Source: Paraglomus brasilianum
Lineage: Eukaryota
NCBI GenBank assembly: GCA_910592345.1
Contig: CAJVPI010000239.1
Span: 1-40,246, forward strand
DNA length: 40,246 nt
Reading direction: 5' to 3'
The notes under the pieces are model-generated. The model was not told the origin of the DNA. It saw nothing but the letters and a program-made list of their open reading frames with translations, and made no database searches. Numbering within the stretch: position 1 is the first letter of the stretch; every line of letters begins with the position of its first letter. Shown piece by piece: positions 10,964 through 21,016 of this stretch. Both the position numbers and the translations under genes were made by a program.

Positions 10964-12643
10964 TTTTAACTGTGAGTTAATATAATCTGATGCTTGTGTC
11001 TACTTGAAAAGCTATTTATTTTACATCTGCTTATAAACATGATAATAATATATACTTTTACCATGACCATTATATAGCCATGTGTTGGTACATATGAAAA
11101 CATACACTGCCTGGACAAAAGTAACGCACACACGAATTTATTAGTGGCACACATAATAATTTATGTTTCAAATTTAACAAATAATGTTTCAACTAATGAA
11201 GTAACCAATATTTTTTTGACCTTACATTGTTCGTGGCATACTTTCTATCAAGCCATTACACGAATAGAATAAACAATTTTGGACTAATTAAAATGCTGAT
11301 TTATTTATGCGTTTTGTCATAATAACTCCCAGTTTTAAAAAAAAAGCATCTCAGATAGTCTGAAATTAGGTACGGCACAACTTTTTCTGACTTGAATAGA
11401 TATTCGTATCATTGACTAATTAGAAAATCTCAATTGTAAATATTGTACAAAAAAAACTTTTTGAACCGAATTAGTATTTGCACATTGCATTAAAAATCTC
11501 AAACGGTAATGTATCTTCAAAAGGCCGCTTTAAGCGAAACAAATATTTGCATGAACATATATTTGCAACATCTCGGCCAGACGAGTACTAAGATTAATGC
11601 TGAAAGTTATAGATTGAAGGATATCGTTGATATGCATACTTTGATTTAAATTGTGTTGCCGATTTTGGTAACAGGCTGTAAGGCGTTATTTGAACAATAC
11701 CATATTTAAGGTGAAGTGCTATAAAACATCACAATATGACTCAATGTGTTGTTATTGTTAAGCGAATTCTTGGATGCTGCATGTTGAAATAGGTCAGATT
11801 TAATGATGCTACTTCTACCTGTGGAAACATTTTAGGATCAGGGACGCAGAAGAGTTAAAGAGTTTATTTATATAATCTGATGTCTGTTTACAAATAACAT
11901 GAAATTTACACACATGTTTCTTCAAAACCAAATAATAATACATTACATGCAATTAATTAATAAATTTGTGCACAACCTTGTACAGGTAGTGTATGTGATT
12001 AATAATAAAACTGTCACAGACAGCTTGTCATAGAAATCATGAATGTGAGACAAATCTAATAATGTACCAAACATCAAAACAAAATGTTGATTGTTGTTGA
12101 ATGCTTTCATTAAATTCTTCACTACACTCCCTTATCACTTATAAAAAAGTTTTTTCTTTCATTATTATAATAATTGCAATTTCCAAAATTGAGGTGTGCA
12201 TGTACAGATCTGGCATAACAATTAATGTATGCAATACACAAACTAATGATTTTGATCTAATTGAATAGCAATTGTTAGTACCTAAATTTGTGAATCATAA
12301 TTTCATCCATGGGCTGTTATTTTCTTACCTTAATTCATCAATCAAAGCTGCGACGCGGGAGCTAGTTCTGAACTTAATATGCGGTGTAGGATTGCTCTTC
12401 TTCAGTCTCAATTTTCCATAAACTCACATACCCACACCGTAACATTCTCACGTCTTATCCATCATTCGTTTAACATTCTTCCAGTTGAATATACTAACAA
12501 ATCTCTCCCGCATTTGGTCATAACAGCTAAGTAAAATACAAGATTAGTGTAGTGATGATCCGTCAGGTAGTGTTTACAATTAGGGACGGTTGGATTTATT
12601 TATCGGTTTTCATCAATGATTGACAGAAGTAGTTTTATACCTA

Positions 12644-13010
12644 CCGTATTTCACAGACCCCTAGCATAGTACCATCCCACCATTTTGAAGTTCATGGAAT
12701 GTGAAATACCATGGTACTATGATCGGGTTGTTACACGAAATACTTGTAAAGTACCATGGTACAGCGTTTATTATTAAACATGCTTATTATATCCCTCTCT
12801 AAAACACCAAGAACGACGCTGTTTACATGGACATGTAATACGTGCCTTTCGAATCATTTTTTTCTTATATTAAAGCAAGCAGGATGTTAAGTACGTTACG
12901 CCAATAAAATAGCGATTTACATAGTCCTATCATAGTACCCCCTAGTACCACTACCGATCAAAGTACCGTATAGTACCCCATGGTACAGTATAAAAGGTTT
13001 TGTAAAATAC
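12644..13010. mobile_element. MITE-like element rich in GTAC repeats
   Basis: Left ta|ccgtatttcacagacc; right ggttttgtaaaatac (reverse complement gtattttacaaaacc). Many tagtacc / ccatggtac units inside both ends. Confidence 0.6.
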
Positions 13011-14049
13011 TTAGTCCGTATAATTTCTTACTGCCGCAGTTATTTCAAATCCAATAAAAATACAGTACACGCGAAATATTCATCCTAATTTCACAGCACA
13101 CCGAATGGCCTCGAAAGAAACTGCGATGAAAGTACCAAAAAAACGGAAAAAAAGAAGAGACCCAGCCCGCACAGGATTGACCGAAGATTATGGAGTAAAT
13201 GGAAAATACAACAATTTGAAGAAGAAACGACTTAAGATTATCTGGAGTTGTAACAATCGTAATTATTAAATAATAGGGAAGACAATATCATGGTATATTA
13301 ATGTTATGTCGTAATATGTTTATACTTTATATCATTATTTTATTTAGTGATTATGTAGTCATAATTATATATTTTTATATCATAGTTATATACAGATATA
13401 TTGTCGCAGGAATAAACGGGGCACTTTTTAGTAAAACGTCTAATAAAACTTTGAGATACTAAGGTCCTTTACAGGTGCTACTGCTTACAAGACTGCAACT
13501 TCTGATTGGAAAAATACTCAATTTTATCGCCGGAAGATCACTTGGCCAAGGAAAGCATGCCATATCATATTCGTGTAACATGGGACGAGTACATTTCAAA
13601 AACTTCACGTGAACCAAAAATTCCCGGGTCCTAATTGAGATTTTGAGAGGTTTTAGAGATTTTGAGGGTACGGGTCGTTAGGCTATTTAGTATTAGGGGT
13701 ACTTACTACGTGTACACGTATATTCGGTAAAGCAAACTTCGAGAAACGGCTTATAAGTTGACGGGTTGACTTTTAAAATCAAAACATGTAATTACGGATT
13801 CTTGGCTAAGCGTATTACTTCTCTTGCTTATCCTATCAGCCTGGATATATTTCTTTACCATTATTTGTTTTTTGCTATTATCAACAAGACATATATAATT
13901 GTTTTTATGACAAATAAAAATACTGCGTTGATTTACAAATACGAAATGGTCCGGTAAAAAATCGTACCAGAAAAGGTTAGTCCAGCGCTTATGAACTTTG
14001 AGAAATTCAACATTTTAATCTCAACAGCGGATATCATCGGTTTACCTGG

Positions 14050-15230
14050 TCGAGGGGATTTAATATGTGCCTACCAAGAGTGTCTGCATTGTGTGTCTGC
14101 ATTGTGCGTGCATATAACTGTTGAACAAGCAAACAAACTTTTTTATAAATTGCAGTTGTCAAAAACCCTTGTCGAGAAAGAGAATTGTACCGAATGAATA
14201 ATGCTGAACTTCACGGTTTTATTTGATGATGTGCAATGTAACACACTTTTTGTGCACGGCATATGCACTATGCCGACTTTTATGAACTCAAAGAGATCGG
14301 ATCTGGTGGTTACAGAACAGTCTATACTGCCAAGTATAAGTATTCAAAGCAATACCATATTCCAGAAACAAACGAGTACATGCTTGTTGTGCAATATGCT
14401 GACAATGGTAGTCTTTTGTCTTATTTGGATCAAAATATTAACAAATTGACGTGGTACAGGAAATTCTAACATTGCTTCTGCGCCATATTCATAGCGGAAA
14501 CATAGTTTTGCATGATACGGATAAGTCTGAGACCGAAAAATTTGCATTTATATGTGATTTGGTCTTTCTCAATCGGTAAACAAAATTCAACCGTTCGAGG
14601 CACTTTTACCCTTTATTGCACCTTGGGCTTTTATTCTCTTCCTTTACAGGATATGTAAATAGATAAAAACAGCTTAAACTGGGCTTTAGCGAGCACCTCG
14701 TTGTGAATAAAAGTTCCTCGCCAGAAGTCTTTCATACGTGTGAATTTACTCAGAAATCAGACGTATATTCTTTGGGTATATTATAAATATGATGAGCCAC
14801 CATTTAGAAATAGGCAATTTGATGGAACTTATTATGGGTGAACTACGACCATTGATGCCCAGAAGAGTACAAGAAATTTGCTGAGCTTTGTTGTGATGCT
14901 GATCTGATAAGCGTCCAGAAACCTATAATCGTATCACCGGGATACTACATAATAATTATTACAGCAACATATGGAATACCATCTATCACAATGATGTAAA
15001 ACCCTTATTACGTCTCGAAAAAGAAGTAAATACTCTAGTAAACTCTTACCTACTGTAAATTCGCCCGAACCGAGAAACAGTTATGATTTTGATTCAGCTG
15101 CAGGTATGACTTACCGCAATTGGTTACGTCTTGATAAAGTCAATTTACAATATTAACTTCGTCCATTGTCTTACAATTTAGTGGCTCAAAGCTTTGATAA
15201 AACAGTCTTGTACGGATTTTATTCAAGGTT
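14050..15230 (+). pseudogene. Tyrosine-kinase-like (TKL) protein kinase pseudogene
   Basis: HYADFYELKEIGSGGYRTVYTAKY; MLVVQYADNGSLLSYL; IHSGNI; FICDL; PFIAP|EVFHTCEFTQKSDVYSLGI. The VAIK/alphaC region is deleted; stops, frameshifts and two insertions. Terminal intron at about 15105-15181. Confidence 0.85.
14622..14721 (-). mobile_element. Short dispersed element, copy 2 (100 bp), inserted in the kinase APE codons
   Basis: Removing it restores gca cca gaa gtc (A-P-E-V). Inner inverted core cttttattc / gaataaaag. Confidence 0.75.
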
Positions 15231-16706
15231 TACCCGTCTCCCAATTAAGCTCGACATGAGTATATTTAATAAATTCCGAAATAAAAATTGTACACGATAG
15301 GCAATCGATTTTAAATATAAGCTAACAATGCTAGAGACATACTTCGCGGAGACTAATGCTAATTGGGTATTTTTTTTGTGAGGCTTAATTTATAAAATTG
15401 ATTGTATTCATATTCTTGTTCAAAGACGAGATGGAAATTCTTAATGGAGTATGCATTGCCGTATATTTTAAATATTATGACTTATCCGCTTATTAGTCGC
15501 ATGCAATTGACACTGGTCTGAGCTTTGTTTGCTATTTGCTTCTTTGCAGTGCTTCTGATAATTTCTGAGAGATAAGAAAGGATAATTCAGGATGTCCCTC
15601 AAGAATTATCCTTATTGTAGAATTCCGCTAATTTGTCCCCAATATAGAGAATAAAAAAGATAGTTCAAAATTTTTGTTATATCGCCTGCTTCTTGCATCG
15701 AGCATAACATTTCTTATCTTTATCGAATGCAATTTCCTATATCAAAACATTCTTTATATCGCGATTTATGCGATTATGTTTGGCTATTGGAATCCTTTTC
15801 ACATATCAGTATATTATCGAGATTTGCTATACAAATTCTTTATAATAGTACTTAATACAAAACTGGTTCGGAGTCCCTTTTTATTGATTAATTTTTTTTA
15901 TCGAGTTTCTTACGCTGTGTTTAATTATGTCCAATTAAGGAGCTCGTAAACTGTATCTGATCCGTTGTTTGAAATTGTGATGGATTCTCGAAAAGAGCAG
16001 TTTGCAAACAAGTTTATTATGACCGTTTCGTAAATTATACAATCTCTCGTACAGAGATTAATATGCAGTTTGTTATGAAAACGTATGAATTGACGACACA
16101 TCGACCGCATGTATCATAACACGTTAGTAACAAGTTTAGCTCGAACAGACAAAGATTATCCACCAGTTTATTATGATATACACACGCACTAAGTAACGGA
16201 AATCACGTAAGTTAAAAGTGAATGAAAGGTTACCGAACAATTGACTGCCATAACAAAAGCTACACTTATAATACAATGAATTGGTAGGGATAGAGAAACT
16301 CATTAGTACAAACATTTACAAATAGATAACTGCTAATATCTATACATTAATTATTAAAGTCGTTTGTTGAGAAGGGAAATGGAAATTAACATTAAAGACT
16401 AGAAGCTATTATCACTCTCAATACTGTCAAGCAATTTGAGAGGGGAGAAACAAGTATGAATAAATGTACGCTGATATATGCAAAAAGAAACCTAACAAAT
16501 ATAAATTGTCACGAGCATAGTATAATTTTGCCACGTGATCACAATCACACAAATAAACCATCCTCATCAAGAGGTAAGCCTCGTTTATATCGTTTATACT
16601 TTCAGGATAATGTCATTCTAAGATGTTTACGAGAGATCTACTCTCATGTCTCTTCGCACAGCAAGCTGTCCGTGTCTGCCAGAGAGCATCCTATCATATA
16701 ATATTA

Positions 16707-17243
16707 TTAATTGAAGAGCATGCGCCAGGCATTTTCAACGAGAGACCTTTTCTTCTTAAGCACTGGAACCGGTTGTACTTCTCGTGTCTCTACCGTTATT
16801 GTGGTGACTGTCGTTTTGGCGGCGGTAACAACAGCACTCATGTGGACTACCGTTAGACACATTTCTTCATCGTTTATTCCCTCATATTTTCCTCCTGCCT
16901 GCGAGGTATTCTGTGTTCTTCGACCATACCGACTTGACAACAGTAAATCCTCGGGTGAAGCTGATAAGTCATCATATGCTTCAAAGTCATCGTATCTTCG
17001 TGTGGAGCATAGCATTGGTGACGAGAGTGGAGATCCGATGGGGGAGGTATAAGGTGTTATGTAAGGAGATGTATACGCAGAGTAGGAATTTTTCGGACTG
17101 TGACGTCTTGGAAAGGTGTAATTTGATAGACTTGAAGGATTAGGCAGGGATATAGCATCTTGGCGTTGACATTCTTCGCTGCAGTACAAAGAGTCCATGG
17201 CAAAGACTTGTCTGTCACAAGCTGGACACCAGGACAAATCCAT
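16707..17243 (-). CDS. Ecl1/2/3-family (extender of chronological lifespan) zinc-binding protein, 178 aa
   Basis: N-terminal MDLSWCPACDRQV..LYCSEECQRQD (CxxCD..LYCSxxC) followed by a Ser/Pro-rich region. Confidence 0.85.
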   Translation of the reverse strand: MDLSWCPACDRQVFAMDSLYCSEECQRQDAISLPNPSSLSNYTFPRRHSPKNSYSAYTSPYITPYTSPIGSPLSSPMLCSTRRYDDFEAYDDLSASPEDLLLSSRYGRRTQNTSQAGGKYEGINDEEMCLTVVHMSAVVTAAKTTVTTITVETREVQPVPVLKKKRSLVENAWRMLFN

Positions 17244-19658
17244 TGTTATGGTTTAGTGTGACGTGTGAATTGAGTAGAAAGTGAATTGGTATGTATGAAT
17301 AGGTGTGAATGTATGAGTTAAATAAATAAAAGTTAAATGCTAAGTTCGTTAATAGCTGTGAAGCGTACGTCTTTATGCGTGTTTAGTAATATGTGTTTAG
17401 TAATGTGCGTTTAGTTTGTGTTATGCGTGTCTAGTTATGTGTGTATAATCATCAATTGATTTGAATATCTTTGTCAGTCTATTTCTCATAAGCTTGTCTT
17501 TATGTTAATCGTTAGCCTTCCCTTTCTCATGACTTTATGATAGCGTCAATGCTGGGTAACAGACAGGTAGGTAAAGACTGAGAGTTTTTATAAATAACGG
17601 GGAATGGTGGAATGGAAGCCTAATTCGGAGTTGAGCATGGCTGTATTTCAAGAAAGTTGTAGAATGTTGGATTTTGATCTACAGATGTCTTGCTAAACGT
17701 GCTCGTCCGAAGCGAAGATCAATCACAGAGTTCTAAATAATGCTACTCCGAACTCATATTCATGTGTGCAAAATATCGATATAACCATAATAAACTAGCT
17801 CAAGCCCTGCCGCAATTGTATTAATAGGTTAGGCTAACGCAATTTGATCCAGCACCTCGTATACTAATAAACGATTAATATGATTTATAACTTTCAAAGT
17901 GATAATGCACGTAAGTAACTACGACCGACTCTCGTACAGTAATAGGTGTTATAGCAGATGAATGTATGAAATTTCTCTATAAATAGCGACAAACGATCAG
18001 TATTATTTATTATTTAATATCCGCCCATATAACTACTGCGTTAAATGCGGGGAACATGTTACAATCACAAGGTCGTATCACAAGGAGTTAGAATCACCGT
18101 GAATAATTAGGGTTTATCGGGCAGCATTATTGAAAGTAGGTTTTGCGCTGTACATAGTGTGTGCCTTTGCTTGTGCTTTCAATAATCATATGAATGTAGA
18201 CCAATAAATAACATTCCCATGCTGTAAGCCAACAGAGGTTAAGCATAAATGGATAAATTTCGGGATGGGATTGACAAACGAGTAATACGAACTATACCAT
18301 AAATACATTCAATTGTGAAATTTGCCCAATTATCAAACGAGGCCAGGTTGAGAAATATACTTCCCTGAACAAAGAACAGTGAGCCATTTAAGAGACGATG
18401 TTACTTTAGGAATACCCCAGATTTGCAGGTGTAGACACCCACCATAACCCATATTCTCCCCTGCCACTCATTCCCTGCGCATGAAAGAGTCTCAAAACTG
18501 ATCGTGCGGTCACGCAATTCACTCAATATGTTCGAGTGCATCTGAGCGTAACTAAACCAGGATGCATACCAAAGAATAAACTTTCATTCCGAGCTGATAG
18601 TTTTAGGAGACTTTTAGTAAAAAGGTGTACTTATATCATTTCGATGTACAAGACTTTTTTTAACTATTGTCAAATCATTCATAGACGGCATTATTACATT
18701 CATCTTGAACAGAAAAAGCGCCAACTAAACAATCACTATTATTAACGCTTTCCCAATAAATATCTGCGAGACAGTACTACTGGTTAATGAACTGCAACTA
18801 TGAGATTGGGTGTGTGTGCATCTATAATGCTTATATTCTCAATCTTGCTCTCAAAGTCATCGAAAATATAAGCAGTAAACTACTGTAATAAAATGGATAT
18901 AATATTAACAGTATCTATTTCAAACTGTAATCCAAAATGGTTATATTAAGAGACCAAAAAGGATAGTCATAGAAATGGTGTTTAGACGTTGAGCGTGACT
19001 TTCATAATTGATTCATTTTATCACATCATCGAGTCACCCCACATCCACCTTACGTGCGGTATATAAAATAACGTCTAGTAATTATGCAAAGAATAACAAT
19101 TATGTCTATCGAGCGTACCACATAATTACAAGATTACAGAAAGCATTGATACATCGATTGCATGAAATACTTTCAAGGTAGATACTTTGCAAACGTGAGT
19201 TTGAACCCCATTACATTAATGACAATGTTAATTTTACTCTGCGACGGGATAAATTATTTCGAGAATAAGTGCAAGATAAAGAGCATACTCTAATGGAAAT
19301 ATGCCAATTCTTCACTTCTCTCCCCATTATTAAAAAACCAATGGTTTGATGACAGTAAAATGTATTATTAAAAACCCACGATAGCTTATGATACCCAATT
19401 ACAGAGTCACTATTTACAAGCCTCAAGTTTTGAGCGTGTTCATGAGCAAGAGAGCGATTGGTTAATAGATTCTAGACACTCAGCTTTGATGAACAATGAC
19501 ATACGCAATACTACAAATTAAATAATATTTTATACTAGTCGAGTCTAATTATATCAAATATAACATACAACTAACGGTCTTTATTTGTGACGCCAACTTC
19601 AAATAACTGTTGACGTTATTTATTTCAGCAATACGGGTACGATCACAAATTACTTTTA

Positions 19659-21016
19659 TTAACGCTTGGAAACGAAATTATTCCATTCTCTTTTCTCCGC
19701 CAATCTTATAGAACGCCTAACAGTAGTTGTGGAACTACTTCTGACCGTCGATACCGATTCTGAATAGATCCGTAATGTTAACGTCCCTATTTAACTATTT
19801 AGCAACAGACTTTCGTTCTATATTAAGCAAACACTTGAACTTACCCGCATCATCATCCGAGTCCATCTCAGTATTCTCCAACTGTTCTTTATTTTCAACT
19901 TCTTCGAACGCTAGTTTTGTTCTCCCTCTTTCGCCTTCATTCCATTCTTTATAAGACGAGTAGTTTGTAACTATGACATATTAATACAGCTTAATCCTTA
20001 ACATTACAAAGACAATACGTGCAGAAACACTTACTACTTTCTTCTGGTCCAGATGTCAAAGCCACTAAAGCTTCCGAAGTTATGAGGGTGTCCGGCCCCA
20101 TGTGAACTTGTTCCCACAACTCGACCGCTTTCTTTCCTGCACCAGAATATAATGTGACCGGTGTATGGTGACCGTCAAATATAGCAAAGACTGCATGACA
20201 CCCCTGAGAGTGGAGAATATGAAACTATGACCTTGTCTTGTTAGTACGTTTCGAAAGCAAATTACAATAAGAGACTATGAGCAACAGAAACCTACATGCT
20301 CCTGTATCGTCTTGAACGAATGATCTATCATCTGCTGTCTGATTCTCGCTACGGGAATGTAAACCATCCAAGCCGTTAGAATACTTTGAGAAATTCTCAA
20401 TACATAGTTTTATCAATTTTACCAGCTTTCACTCTTTTTGTCACTGCTTTCGCCTCTTCCTCGTATGCCATTCGTTCCTTATCGGAAAGGCAACCCCACG
20501 CGTGACTGATCACCATATTCATCTTATTCGCACTACTCAACTGTTCGTCAATTGCGAGTTCAGGGTGATTTCTCAGATACTCTAAATGGTTAAAGTCAGC
20601 AAATATCATTAGTAAAAAATTACAAGAACAGACGTTTACCCTCAATAGTTCCTTTGTTAGAGAAGTTCCTAAAGAATATATTGAATCCCGAGAGAGATCT
20701 CTTTTTGATGGTAGCACGTGATTTTTTCTGTACGAAGGCAGCCTTGCATTTCGCATTCTGATTAGTTATCCAATTCTGATATTAATATTTAAGAATTAGT
20801 ACGATTCATGAAAAAAGTATTTAAAAAAAAAAAAAGCTTACATTCATTCCCTCACTCCCTCCAACTTACTTTGACTTTTTCAATTGATAATCCAGCCTCG
20901 GTGGCTGCTTCTTCAATCAACTGGGTTTTACGGTGGTTTATCATTCCCCCCGCAAATTTTCGGTGGAGGATGGCAAGTTGATCAGGGGTAAAAACTGTAC
21001 GAGACTGGCGAGTCAT
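19659..21016 (-). CDS. Homeodomain (HDX-like) + HMG-box protein, 7 exons, 312 aa
   Basis: Exons 21016-20870, 20775-20640, 20581-20423, 20348-20296, 20224-20035, 19970-19845, 19786-19659. Six GT-AG introns (58-94 nt) splice to a 939-nt stop-free frame. HD: RTVFTPDQLAILHRKFAGGMINHRKTQLIEEAATEAGLSIEKVK|NWITNQNAK. HMG: KKRSLSGFNIFFRNF..MNMVISHAWGCLSDKERMAYEEEAK. Confidence 0.85.

Noticed and set aside
13105..13269. Short basic ORF MASKETAMKVPKKRKKRRD..
   Set aside because: About 54 aa, no recognisable motif or splice support.
15450..16110. Possible decayed coding sequence on the minus strand
   Set aside because: Stops in the frames read and no identifiable family.
20397..20756. 119-aa ORF as a standalone HMG gene
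   Set aside because: It reads through intron 2 and has exon 2 out of frame; superseded by the spliced model.
1344..21016. 7TM receptor plus HD-HMG gene as a mating-type locus
   Set aside because: They are about 17 kb apart, the receptor is not recognisably Ste2/Ste3, and no pheromone, second HD gene or known MAT-flanking gene is visible.
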